This document shows positions 1-8,367 of a stretch of DNA of 32,000 nt, in pieces (position 1 is the first letter of the stretch; each line of letters begins with the position of its first letter). The notes under the pieces were generated by a model. The model did not search any database. It had not been told where the DNA came from and saw nothing but the letters and a program-made list of their open reading frames with translations. The position numbers were made by a program, and so were the translations under genes. This DNA is from Telmatocola sphagniphila (GTDB lineage Bacteria > Planctomycetota > Planctomycetia > Gemmatales > Gemmataceae), in assembly GCF_018398935.1 (NCBI RefSeq), contig NZ_CP074694.1, positions 60,001 to 92,000 on the forward strand, read 5' to 3'.

Positions 1-1062
1 CAGGGTTAACCCGAGGAAAGTTTGCCCGGTGACGGAGACCATATCGTCCAGTTGTTCGTAGTAGGACAGTTCGCGGTCGGCCGGTTCATCGTCCCAGAGA
101 CCCAATCGTAAAAAGCCCGTCGCTACCAGGGAATCCCGAGTTACTTGCGGAAGTTCGTCCCCTGCGAGCTGTTCGCGAATGAACTGATCATACGGTTTGT
201 CTTCGTTGAAGGACTTGATGAGGTAATCGCGGTACTTCCAAGCGTAGGCTTTCGCGCCATCCCGCTCGAAGGAGTTCGTCTCGGCATAGCGTGCCAGGTC
301 CATCCAGTGCCGGGCCCAGTTCTCGCCGTAGTGCCGGGAGGCCAGCAGGCGATCAACTATTTTCTCGTAGGCATCGGGCGCAGTGTCTTTGACGAAATTT
401 TCGACATCGCTCTGGCTCGGCGGCAGACCAGTCAGTGCGTAATAGATGCGTTTGATGAGAGTGATTTTGTCGGCGGATTTAGCAGGTGCGTATCCTTTAC
501 TTTCGAGCTTGGACAGGATGAAAGCATCAATGGGGTTGGCGACCCAGGCACCGTTTTTGACCTTGGGAACTTCGATCTTTTCGACGGCCTTGAAGGACCA
601 GAACGCTTTGGCCTTGGCATCGACTACCGGCGGGCCGTGAGCCGTGCCCGAAGCAATGCCTTTCTTATCGCTGAAAGGCACCTTCATTTTGACCCAGGCA
701 GCCAGAGTGTCGATCTGTTTCTGACTCAGCTTGCCCTTCGGGGGCATTTTCGTTTCGCCTTCGTACTTCACTACTTCCAAAAGTAAACTGGTATCCGGCT
801 TCTGCTCGTTGAATGCCGAGCCGTTGTCACCCCCTTTGAGAAGATCTTCCCGGGTGGTGAGATTCAGACCCCCTTTGATCTTCTTTTCGCCGCCATGGCA
901 GGAGTAACAGTTCGATTGCAGGATCGGCAGAACTTCTTTTTCGAAAAATTGCTTCGGTTCGGGCTGGGTATCGGCGGCCTGCACGGGGCGGTAGGTCCAA
1001 CCGAGCCAACTGAACGAACTGATCGCGCCCGCGAGCAGCAAAAAGTGCTTGAGTTTTCGCAT
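1..1062 (-). CDS. PSCyt1/DUF1549 (probably also DUF1553) planctomycete cytochrome-c-domain protein. This is the N-terminal 354 codons; the 3' end lies beyond the window start.
   Basis: I translated the minus strand by hand from the ATG at 1062..1060, and it stays open to base 1. The product begins MRKLKHFLLLAGAISSFSW (signal peptide). It carries the heme-c motif LPILQSNCYSCHGGEKKIKGGLNL, then DUF1549-like blocks (WVANPIDAFILSKLESKGYAPA, LIKRIYYALTGLPPS, RHYGENWARHWMDLARYAETNSFERD). The ORF track misses it because there is no stop codon inside the window. The track ORFs 145..786 (+) and 827..1072 (-) are wrong-frame or antisense shadows. Confidence 0.85.
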   Translation of the reverse strand, partial: MRKLKHFLLLAGAISSFSWLGWTYRPVQAADTQPEPKQFFEKEVLPILQSNCYSCHGGEKKIKGGLNLTTREDLLKGGDNGSAFNEQKPDTSLLLEVVKYEGETKMPPKGKLSQKQIDTLAAWVKMKVPFSDKKGIASGTAHGPPVVDAKAKAFWSFKAVEKIEVPKVKNGAWVANPIDAFILSKLESKGYAPAKSADKITLIKRIYYALTGLPPSQSDVENFVKDTAPDAYEKIVDRLLASRHYGENWARHWMDLARYAETNSFERDGAKAYAWKYRDYLIKSFNEDKPYDQFIREQLAGDELPQVTRDSLVATGFLRLGLWDDEPADRELSYYEQLDDMVSVTGQTFLGLTL

Positions 1063-1100
1063 GATAAACCACATAAAAAGACGGGTCTGTGAAGCCAACC

Positions 1101-1159
1101 CGGTCGGTGGGAATAACATTAGCTTATCCCGTCGTAACGAGTTAAGCAATCGGTCGGTG
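1101..1159. promoter_or_regulatory. Direct repeat CGGTCGGTG, two copies exactly 50 bp apart, in the divergent AraC / PSCyt1 promoter region (candidate operator half-sites)
   Basis: CGGTCGGTG occurs at 1101-1109 and 1151-1159. The flanks partly match (CAA-N-CGGTCGGTG-NN-AAT in both copies). The region lies between the divergent starts at 1062 (-) and 1228 (+). Confidence 0.25.
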
Positions 1160-1227
1160 CAAATTCCATAATCTATCTGATAGCGACACCGCCTATATAA
1201 ATGATAATTCAGTATTTTTCGTAATCA

Positions 1228-2115
1228 ATGCCGCAAATCGACAAGCAGATATCGGAAACCGACCTCCGCAATAAATCGAGCACATATTGGTCGATCCGCG
1301 CGGATGCCACCGACGACCGGGAATGGCTGGCCAACGCGCCCATTTGCGAAGCGCTCAGTCACTACCATATTTCGCATCTGGGATACGCAATTGCCCGGCC
1401 GCCGTTTCGCATCGTTCGGGCGCACCTGCAGGGAAGCTACTTTTTGACCAGTTATACCTCCAATGGCCGGGTGCTGGTGGATGGCCGTTTTAAACCGGTG
1501 AAGTCGGGTCAGGCGTTTCTATTGCCGCCGGGTACGATGCACGCTTTTCATTCGGTGAAAAGCGGCTCGGCCGATGGCAATTGGGCATTCTCCTGGGTCC
1601 GTTACCGCGAAGTGCCGGGTCAGACGCCGATTGCCGCAGCCAATTCCCCGATTCTGGCCGATTTCGATGGGGTGAGCTTTAAGCATGCGATCCTGGGCTT
1701 GCACCACGATTGTCAGGAGAACACGCACCCGGCCAACCAGCGCCGCTGGATTGAAATCATTCACCAGTGCGTTATTGATTTCGCTCAACCGGCGAAGATG
1801 GACGAACGGCTCTGGAAGTTGTTTCAAAAAATCGAAAATTCGCTCGCGGCGGAATGGTCCTGCCCGGCCATGGCTGAGGAGTGTCATATTGGGGAAAAGC
1901 AACTCGAACGTCTTTGCGTCCGCGAGTTGGGTCGGACACCGCGACAGCATTTGATCTGGTTGCGAATGCAGCGGGCCGCGGAATTGCTGACCTCCGGCGA
2001 AGCCAAAATCGCTTCGGTCGCGCATGCCGTGGGCTATCAGAATGCGTTCGTTTTTTCGTCCACGTTCAAGCGGGTCATGGGCTGGTCCCCGTCCGAATAC
2101 CCTGGCCGCAAGTAG
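1228..2115 (+). CDS. AraC-family transcriptional regulator (cupin-like N-terminal domain plus C-terminal double helix-turn-helix)
   Basis: 295-aa ORF. The C-terminus WSCPAMAEECHIGEKQLERLCVRELGRTPRQHLIWLRMQRAAELLTSGEAKIASVAHAVGYQNAFVFSSTFKRVMGWSPSEY is a typical AraC/XylS HTH_18 region. The N-terminal FLLPPGTMHAF resembles the AraC ligand-binding cupin. Confidence 0.9.
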   Translation: MPQIDKQISETDLRNKSSTYWSIRADATDDREWLANAPICEALSHYHISHLGYAIARPPFRIVRAHLQGSYFLTSYTSNGRVLVDGRFKPVKSGQAFLLPPGTMHAFHSVKSGSADGNWAFSWVRYREVPGQTPIAAANSPILADFDGVSFKHAILGLHHDCQENTHPANQRRWIEIIHQCVIDFAQPAKMDERLWKLFQKIENSLAAEWSCPAMAEECHIGEKQLERLCVRELGRTPRQHLIWLRMQRAAELLTSGEAKIASVAHAVGYQNAFVFSSTFKRVMGWSPSEYPGRK

Positions 2116-2118
2116 CAC

Positions 2119-2877
2119 TTAGCGTTTTTTGATCGGCCCGAAGACAACCCGTTCCACTTCCGGGATTTCCGCCAGCTTTTCCGCCAAATCCCAGGCGTAA
2201 CTCAACTTCTCGACGCGCCCGCTGATGACCGCTTCTCCGCGGCGAAAATCGATGCTCAATCCGAGAGCGCGGGCTTCCTTCCTTAACGTTTCGAGACTGT
2301 TATTCTTGGGCGCAATCGGCGCAGGTGACTCTGCCTGATCGATCTCCGGTTCCCCCAAAGTGACCGAAGGTTTCTGAGCCTGACGGTTATCCTCGGAATC
2401 CTGCATCGAGACCGGCCGGGAAATCGACTTGGGAGGGTCGGGTGTTCCCCAACTCGCTTCCGCGTCGGCCTTCTGCTTCTGCCGCAAGCGAACTTCGGCC
2501 GCTATTTCATTCGGAGTGGTATCCGCCGGGGCCTGGACTGTGCATTCGTTAATGACCGAGGCGATATTGGGTACGCTTTTCAGTGTGGTATCGATCAGAT
2601 TCAGCAGAGCTTGATCCGGAACCACACCCCAGACGGTTGCGACGCGATCCTTCACGGAGACGCCGATATTCAGCTTGGCCAACTCGGGCTTATCCTGCAA
2701 GACACGCTTAGCCTGATGGCTCAAACGCCAGTCGGTCACGGAGAAATCGGTCAGGCGAAAGGGGAGTTCCCAGGCGGAGACCGGCGCAGCGTGCAGTAGA
2801 AGAATTGTAATGCAGAATCCCTGTAGGATTCGGATGGGTGACATCACTTTCTCCCTGGGCGTTTGTAATAATTTCAT
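2119..2877 (-). CDS. Secreted protein with two BON-like domains joined by a low-complexity linker
   Basis: 252-aa ORF. The signal peptide is MSPIRILQGFCITILLLHAAPVSA-WE. An alternative ATG at 2844 has a better AGGGAG Shine-Dalgarno 6 nt upstream. Two BON-like modules are present: LNIGVSVKDRVATVWGVVPDQALLNLIDTTLKSVPNIASV and LSIDFRRGEAVISGRVEKLSYAWDLAEKLAEIPEVERV. The linker between them is rich in Pro, Gln and Glu. The BON call comes from pattern recognition only. Confidence 0.6.
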   Translation of the reverse strand: MKLLQTPREKVMSPIRILQGFCITILLLHAAPVSAWELPFRLTDFSVTDWRLSHQAKRVLQDKPELAKLNIGVSVKDRVATVWGVVPDQALLNLIDTTLKSVPNIASVINECTVQAPADTTPNEIAAEVRLRQKQKADAEASWGTPDPPKSISRPVSMQDSEDNRQAQKPSVTLGEPEIDQAESPAPIAPKNNSLETLRKEARALGLSIDFRRGEAVISGRVEKLSYAWDLAEKLAEIPEVERVVFGPIKKR

Positions 2878-3002
2878 TGTCTCCGCTTTGCGGAACGAAA
2901 TGAATCAAACTTGGGGAGAAAAAGGAATTAATGGACAAATTGTTGTTAAACGCTGACGGGAATAACGAGGAATCGCATCGGGTAAAATAGTCCGCTGGAC
3001 TG

Positions 3003-4604
3003 TTAATCCGGTTGCTTCAACGGCAACTGCAGAACGAAAGTCGTGCCAGTGCCCACCTCGCTTTGCACGATTAGATCGCCATGATGTTCCTGGAGTATTT
3101 TTTGCGAGACCGGCAGACCTAAACCCGTTCCTCGGGAACCTTTGGTGCTGACGAACGGCTTGAAAATATCGACGAGCTTCTCCTTGGGAATCCCCGGCCC
3201 GTTATCCTCCACCCGGATTTCGATCTTCTCATCGGAGATTCGGCTCAGAGTAATTTTGACGCGCGGATTGGCTGTTTCCTCCACGGCATCGATCGCATTA
3301 CCGGCGATGTTCAAAAGAGCCTTGTGAAGACCATCCGGATCAAAAGGAAATTGGGGAAGCGCCCGATTCGGTTCGAACTGAAAATCGACGTTCAGTTCTT
3401 TCGCCCGCCCCTGCAGCAGTTCGTAAACCTCTGCGCAGAGAACGTTGATGTCGGAATTCTCCAACTGGGGGTCGCGCGGCTTGGAGTAGCTGAGCATATC
3501 CATGACCAGATCGTGGATCTTCTTCTGGTTTTTTTCCACGAGTCGCCAGCCCTGACTCAGCATCGTCTTGTCGTCATCTTTCAGGCCGCTGCGCACCATA
3601 TCGCTGCCGAACATCACCCCCTGCATGATGTTTTTGACGTGGTGCGAAATGGCGGCGATGGTTTGGCCGATCCCGGCGAGACGTTCATTCTGCAGCATCG
3701 CTTGGCGATAACGGGTATCCTCGATGGCCAGAGCCGCCTGATGGGCCAGGGCAATGGCGAGCGATAGATGTTCCTCCGTGAATTTGACGGTTTGCCCCGG
3801 CACCCCATTGGATTGCGTCACCAGAAAGAGTACCCCAAGCGTATCGTGCCGGCCCGTCATCGGCACGCAGATCACTTCACGAAGTCTGAAGCGAGCGATG
3901 CTCTCCCCATGCTGGAAGCGCTCGTCCTGCTCGGCATCGCTGAGCAGGATGCCGCGATCTTCCCGGAGAACATATTCCATGATCGTTCGGCTAAAACTGA
4001 CCTTTGAGTCGATTTCCTGGCCGTTGCGACGCCGTATGGCCTTCGGTTCCAGTTCGCCGGTTTCGCCGCGAAGCATCATGCAGCCTTCATCGGCTTCGAT
4101 ACTCCGGAATATCAATTCCATCAGATGCTTGAGGAGATCGTCGATATCCACGATTCGGGAAATCGCCTGGCTGCTATCGTACATCACACTCAGATTAGCC
4201 AGTCGTATCTTCAACCCGGTACTGTCGATTTGCGAGGGCTGCTTGAAAAAGCGGGTGGCCTCGGAGGCAGGGATGCTCCGCACGATATGCGTCAGCAGGC
4301 TATCGCTGCCGGATTTGGCTTCCATCTGAAGCTGCAGGGTGGAGCGGCCGATGGCAATGCGGTCTCCGGGCTGTAAGAATATGTCCTGAACTTTTCGACC
4401 ATTAACTGTGGTACCGTTGGCGCTGCCGGTATCGACGAGGCGGATCCCGGCGGGTTCCATGCGAATTTCCGCATGTTTTCGGGAAGCTTCGGAATCGTTG
4501 AGGCAGATGCCGTTGGTTCGATCCCGACCTATGCTGATAAGAGCCTGGGTCAGTTGGAAAAGTGTTCCCGAATCGGGCCCGTCGATAGCCAGCAGATTTG
4601 GCAT
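3003..4604 (-). CDS. Cytoplasmic FHA-GAF sensor histidine kinase (FHA + GAF + HisKA + HATPase_c)
   Basis: 533-aa ORF. The FHA domain is ISIGRDRTNGICLNDSEASRKHAEIRMEPAGIRLVDTGSANGTTVNGRKV. A central GAF-like region follows (CMMLRGETGELEPKA...VICVPMTGRHDTLGVLFLV). The H-box is GQTIAAISHHVKNIMQG, the N-box LLNIAGNAIDAV, G1 VEDNGPGIP and G2 GTGLGLPVSQKIL. I see no transmembrane segment. Confidence 0.9.
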   Translation of the reverse strand: MPNLLAIDGPDSGTLFQLTQALISIGRDRTNGICLNDSEASRKHAEIRMEPAGIRLVDTGSANGTTVNGRKVQDIFLQPGDRIAIGRSTLQLQMEAKSGSDSLLTHIVRSIPASEATRFFKQPSQIDSTGLKIRLANLSVMYDSSQAISRIVDIDDLLKHLMELIFRSIEADEGCMMLRGETGELEPKAIRRRNGQEIDSKVSFSRTIMEYVLREDRGILLSDAEQDERFQHGESIARFRLREVICVPMTGRHDTLGVLFLVTQSNGVPGQTVKFTEEHLSLAIALAHQAALAIEDTRYRQAMLQNERLAGIGQTIAAISHHVKNIMQGVMFGSDMVRSGLKDDDKTMLSQGWRLVEKNQKKIHDLVMDMLSYSKPRDPQLENSDINVLCAEVYELLQGRAKELNVDFQFEPNRALPQFPFDPDGLHKALLNIAGNAIDAVEETANPRVKITLSRISDEKIEIRVEDNGPGIPKEKLVDIFKPFVSTKGSRGTGLGLPVSQKILQEHHGDLIVQSEVGTGTTFVLQLPLKQPD

Positions 4605-4646
4605 GGAGCCGTCTCAACTCATTTGGAATTAACTATCAGACGTTAT

Positions 4647-5894
4647 ATGTCCCAGTCGGAACGTTATCACGATCTGGATGCACTTCGGGCGTTCGCCATG
4701 TTCCTGGGCCTCTGGGTTCACGGCTTGCTATCGTTTACCGATATGCGAATTCCGTTCTGGCCCGTGCGGGATGCAAAAACTTCTTTCCTGGCCGATCTGT
4801 TCATTTTCTACATCCACGATTTCCGGATGCAGACTTTTTTTCTGCTCGCCGGGTTTTTCGCCGCGTTGCTCCACTCCCGCTACGGTTTGCGGGGAATGCT
4901 GAAGCATCGGAGTGTGCGAGTGCTGCTGCCGTTGATCCTGGGAATCCTGCTGATCAATCCGCTCCTGCAGTACCTCTGGCTAATCGGTGATCTCGATGCC
5001 TTGCGATTCGTCATGCCAGGGCAGGAGATCCCGGAAATTCCCAGCGACAGCTTTGTCTACGACCACTTTTCCACGGGACGATTTGCCCGTTATCTTTTCC
5101 CGCATTACCTCTGGTTCCTCTACTTTCTCTGCTTCTTCTACGCCTTGATGATTCCGATACTCCTGGTTGGTAAGTCGAGTCCCGGACGTTGGATTGTCGA
5201 TCGACTGACGAATCTTCAGCGGTACATCCTGCAAAGAACCTGGCTGATTCCCGGCCTTTTTTTGATCCTGCTGCCTTGTCTGTGGCAGATGGATAAATGG
5301 GCGGTGGATACTCCCAACGGCTGGCTCCCCTCGCTCCATCTGTTGGGTTACTATTTTCTCTTTTTCAGTTTCGGCTGGATTCTCTTTGCCCAGCGGGAAC
5401 TTCTTCCGGTCGCCTCGAAGCACTGGCGGATTTATCTGTTGGTGGCCCATTTTCTGGTGTTTCCCCTCTATCTCGCCTGTGTGCTCACAGGACTCGACCA
5501 GATGAAACTGGCCCAGACCGATACGTCCGAGTTTTTGGGGACCAAACTTCTGGCTCAGATCACCGGAGGAATATTTACCTGGCTGATGATCTTCGGACTC
5601 ATGGGTTTATTCCATTATCTGTTTTCGAAGCCCAATCGCTATGTTCGCTATCTGGCCGATTCCTCTTATTGGTGTTACGTGGGGAGTCTGGTGCCGTTGA
5701 TCGTTTTGCAGATGCTAATGGCCCGGGTGGACTGGCCCCTTGCCGTCAAAGTTTTCGTCGTCCACGCTGGGGCCTTGGCGTTCCTCTTGTTCACCTACGA
5801 ATACTTCGTCCGTTATACCGCTATCGGAGCTCTTCTGAATGGTCCGAAAAAACGAATTAGCAGCTCTCCGGAGCCGCAAAGGGAATTGCGATAG
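4647..5894 (+). CDS. Acyltransferase family 3 (OpgC/OafA-like) integral membrane protein
   Basis: The track ORF starts at 4473, but that extension overlaps the kinase gene on the opposite strand. The ATG at 4647 gives MSQSERYHDLDALRAFAMFLGLWVHG, the canonical acyltransferase-3 N-terminus (R/H-x-DxLR then a His-containing transmembrane helix). About 10 hydrophobic helices follow. Confidence 0.8.
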   Translation: MSQSERYHDLDALRAFAMFLGLWVHGLLSFTDMRIPFWPVRDAKTSFLADLFIFYIHDFRMQTFFLLAGFFAALLHSRYGLRGMLKHRSVRVLLPLILGILLINPLLQYLWLIGDLDALRFVMPGQEIPEIPSDSFVYDHFSTGRFARYLFPHYLWFLYFLCFFYALMIPILLVGKSSPGRWIVDRLTNLQRYILQRTWLIPGLFLILLPCLWQMDKWAVDTPNGWLPSLHLLGYYFLFFSFGWILFAQRELLPVASKHWRIYLLVAHFLVFPLYLACVLTGLDQMKLAQTDTSEFLGTKLLAQITGGIFTWLMIFGLMGLFHYLFSKPNRYVRYLADSSYWCYVGSLVPLIVLQMLMARVDWPLAVKVFVVHAGALAFLLFTYEYFVRYTAIGALLNGPKKRISSSPEPQRELR

Positions 5895-5901
5895 TTTTTT
5901 T
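5875..5901 (+). terminator. Weak intrinsic-terminator-like hairpin plus T7 run at the acyltransferase stop codon
   Basis: CGCAA (5875-5879) pairs with TTGCG (5886-5890) across a 6-nt loop. ATAG follows (stop codon TAG at 5892-5894), then TTTTTTT at 5895-5901. The stem is only 5 bp and fabH follows 60 nt later on the same strand, so this is tentative. Confidence 0.3.
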
Positions 5902-5962
5902 CATTAGAAGTTTCCTTCCGAGAAAATTAATATCATCACTCTACGGTTTTTTCACTATTTAC

Positions 5963-6955
5963 ATGGCCAGCGGAATGACAGGTGAGTACCGCTCGGCTCT
6001 GGTAGGTACGGGTTGCCAACTCCCAGGGCGAGTCTTTACCAACGATGAATTCGTCGCCACCATCGACACCTCCGACGAGTGGATTCGCACGCGCACCGGT
6101 ATTCGGGAGCGCCGGTTCGCGCTGCCCTCGGAAACCGCCTCCAGTCTGGGCATCGAGGCCGCCCGCAAAGCCCTGGAAAACTGTCAGCTTACCGGCAATG
6201 ATCTCGATTTGATCATCTGTGCCACGGTCACGCCCGACATGATGACCCCGGCTACCGCTTGTCTGCTTCAGTCGGCTCTCAAATGTCGGCACATTCCCTC
6301 GTTCGATCTTACGGCCGCCTGCACCGGATTTTTGTACGGCATGTCGGTGGCCGATCAGTTCATTCGCACCGGAACCTGCCGCAACGTATTAGTAGTCGGT
6401 ACCGAAATCCTTTCCAGAGCGATCGATTTCTCTGATCGCAACAGCTGCATTCTGTTCGGCGATGGCGCGGGAGCCGTCATCCTGCAAGCGACAAAGGAAC
6501 CTAATCGCGGCATTCGCTCGGTGAACCTGTTTGCCGATGGGGAACGCCAGCGTTTCATTCAAGTGCCCGGGATGGCCACTATAACGCAGCCCGGGGAACA
6601 GCCCATCAAATATCTCCAGATGAACGGGCGGGAAGTGTTTAAATTCGCCGTGCAGCGCATGGTGGAATTGATTCACCACGCAAATGAAGAGGCCGCCAAA
6701 CTGGGGACGCATATCTCGATGCTGATACCGCATCAGGTGAATCAGCGCATCATCGATGCCGCTTTGGAATCGACCGGTTTCCCAGCCGATCGGGTGATGG
6801 TGAATCTGGATCGATATGGAAATACCTCGGCGGCCTCGGTGCCGATAGCCTTGGATGAGGCCATTCGAGAAGGGCGGGCGAAGAAGGGCGATACCGTTTT
6901 ACTGGTGGCGTTCGGCGGGGGACTCACCTGGGGAAGTTCGGTCGTAACGCTTTAG
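5963..6955 (+). CDS. fabH: Beta-ketoacyl-ACP synthase III (KAS III)
   Basis: 330 aa. The Cys-His-Asn triad sits in typical contexts: FDLTAACTGFLYG, MLIPHQVNQRII and LDRYGNTSAASVPIAL. The N-terminal TSDEWIRTRTGIRERRFA and C-terminal LVAFGGGLTWGS are classic FabH blocks. Confidence 0.9.
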   Translation: MASGMTGEYRSALVGTGCQLPGRVFTNDEFVATIDTSDEWIRTRTGIRERRFALPSETASSLGIEAARKALENCQLTGNDLDLIICATVTPDMMTPATACLLQSALKCRHIPSFDLTAACTGFLYGMSVADQFIRTGTCRNVLVVGTEILSRAIDFSDRNSCILFGDGAGAVILQATKEPNRGIRSVNLFADGERQRFIQVPGMATITQPGEQPIKYLQMNGREVFKFAVQRMVELIHHANEEAAKLGTHISMLIPHQVNQRIIDAALESTGFPADRVMVNLDRYGNTSAASVPIALDEAIREGRAKKGDTVLLVAFGGGLTWGSSVVTL

Positions 6956-6964
6956 AACCGATAG

Positions 6965-8107
6965 TCACACTAACTGTAACTTGCGGCCCTGCTTCCAACT
7001 GGTGCCGTTTTCCCGAATCACCTCGTGGTAGAGCGTGTCCCGTTCGACGGGAACTCGACCGGCTTCCTTAATCAATCGCTTGATTTCGTCCACTCCCAGT
7101 TCCTGAGGCGAATCCGAACCGGCGGCATGGTAAATCGTTTCGTGCACAACCGTACCATCGAGATCATCGGCCCCATAGCTGAGAGCCGTTTGAGCAATCT
7201 TAATTCCCAGCATCACCCAGTACGCTTTGATGTGCGGGAAATTGTCCAGCATCAGTCGGGACAGCGCCATGGTGCGGAGATCCATCAATCCGCTCGGCTT
7301 GGGAATGTGGCTCAGGCGGGTATTATCAGGATGGAAGGCGAGTGGAATAAAGGTCTGGAATCCGCCCGTTTCATCCTGAAGATTTCGCAGTCGGATCAGG
7401 TGATCGAGCCGATGTTCAATCTTCTCGATATGACCATAAAGCATCGTGGCATTGGAGCGTAAACCCAGTTCGTGCGCTTCCCGATGCACGCGAATCCATT
7501 GTTCGCCATCGGCTTTATAATCGCAAATCTGGGTGCGAATATCGGGGTGGAAAATTTCCGCCCCGCCACCCGGAAGGCTTCCCAACCCTGCATCCTTCAT
7601 CTCGGCCAGCAGTTCTTTCGTCGGTCGGCCGGTCATGCGAGAGAACCAGTCCCACTCCACGGCGGTCCAGGCTTTAATGTGAATTTCAGGATAGGCTTCG
7701 TGAATCATTTTCACGATATTCAGATACCATTCGTAGGGCAATTTGTGGTGCAGGCCGCCGACGATGTGCAATTCGGTGGCCCCACGGCTATGGCATTCCT
7801 CCGCCCGATGCAGGATCTGCTCGTCCGACATCACGAAGCCTTTTTCGCTCTTCAAGTCGGCACGGAAAGCGCAGAAAGTGCAGCGATAAACGCAGACGTT
7901 GGTCGGGTTGAGGTGCTCGTTGACGTTATAGTAAGTCACCTGGCCATTTTTACGTTCCCGAACGATGTTGGCGAGTTCACCCAGAGTGAACAGATCGGCA
8001 TGCTGATCGAGATAGAATCCATCCTCAAAGCTGAGCCGTTGACCATTTTCGACTTTGGTGCGGATCGCATTCAACTGTGTATCACTTGGCATAGTATCCC
8101 TTTCCAT
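6965..8107 (-). CDS. mqnE: Radical-SAM menaquinone (futalosine pathway) enzyme of the MqnE/MqnC family, most like aminofutalosine synthase MqnE
   Basis: 380 aa. The radical-SAM cluster motif is NPTNVCVYRCTFCAF. Other family blocks are HIVGGLHHKLPYEWY, GLGSLPGGGAEIF, NATMLYGHIEKIEHRLDHLIRLRNLQDETGGFQTFIPLAFHPDNT and GADDLDGTV. I chose MqnE over MqnC from memory of the PLAF versus IPW block. That choice is uncertain. Confidence 0.75.
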   Translation of the reverse strand: MERDTMPSDTQLNAIRTKVENGQRLSFEDGFYLDQHADLFTLGELANIVRERKNGQVTYYNVNEHLNPTNVCVYRCTFCAFRADLKSEKGFVMSDEQILHRAEECHSRGATELHIVGGLHHKLPYEWYLNIVKMIHEAYPEIHIKAWTAVEWDWFSRMTGRPTKELLAEMKDAGLGSLPGGGAEIFHPDIRTQICDYKADGEQWIRVHREAHELGLRSNATMLYGHIEKIEHRLDHLIRLRNLQDETGGFQTFIPLAFHPDNTRLSHIPKPSGLMDLRTMALSRLMLDNFPHIKAYWVMLGIKIAQTALSYGADDLDGTVVHETIYHAAGSDSPQELGVDEIKRLIKEAGRVPVERDTLYHEVIRENGTSWKQGRKLQLV

Positions 8108-8147
8108 TTCCGTATTTTACGAACCGCAGTCGCAAGTCACTAACAAC

Positions 8148-8235
8148 TCCCCGGTGAGGGGAATATTCCAGCGGCAGGGAACTCCCCCGTTCCCAGCTTC
8201 AATCCAAGGAGGTTCTGGTTCAGAGGGCTAACCAG
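8148..8235. promoter_or_regulatory. Three consecutive short stem-loops in the divergent mqnE / 8368-gene intergenic region
   Basis: Hairpin 1 is TCCCC(8148-8152)-GGTGA-GGGGA(8158-8162). Hairpin 2 is GGGAAC(8177-8182)-TCCCCC-GTTCCC(8189-8194). Hairpin 3 is CTGGTT(8215-8220)-CAGAGGGCT-AACCAG(8230-8235). The strand of any transcript is unknown. Confidence 0.25.
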
Positions 8236-8367
8236 GCAATAACTCTCATAATTGAATGAATTTAAGATATTTTTAACGAGAGGATATTTTCCGATATCAA
8301 TAGTTGCCCATTCTTCCCAGATTGCCTAGTTGTGTAGGGATTGAGTTTTCAGCTAGTGAGTTACATC

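Noticed and set aside
145-786. 213-aa plus-strand ORF
   Set aside because: It is antisense to the well-supported PSCyt1/DUF1549 frame. The composition is not protein-like and I see no recognisable motifs.
827-1072. 81-aa minus-strand ORF
   Set aside because: It is in the wrong reading frame and overlaps the real minus-strand gene that starts at 1062. It is Arg/Pro-rich, typical of off-frame translation.
1519-2118. 199-aa minus-strand ORF
   Set aside because: It is an antisense shadow of the AraC gene.
4473-4646. 58-codon N-terminal extension of the acyltransferase ORF
   Set aside because: It overlaps the histidine kinase N-terminus on the other strand. The canonical acyltransferase-3 N-terminus begins at the ATG at 4647.
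7472-8143. 223-aa plus-strand ORF
   Set aside because: It is an antisense shadow of the radical-SAM Mqn gene.
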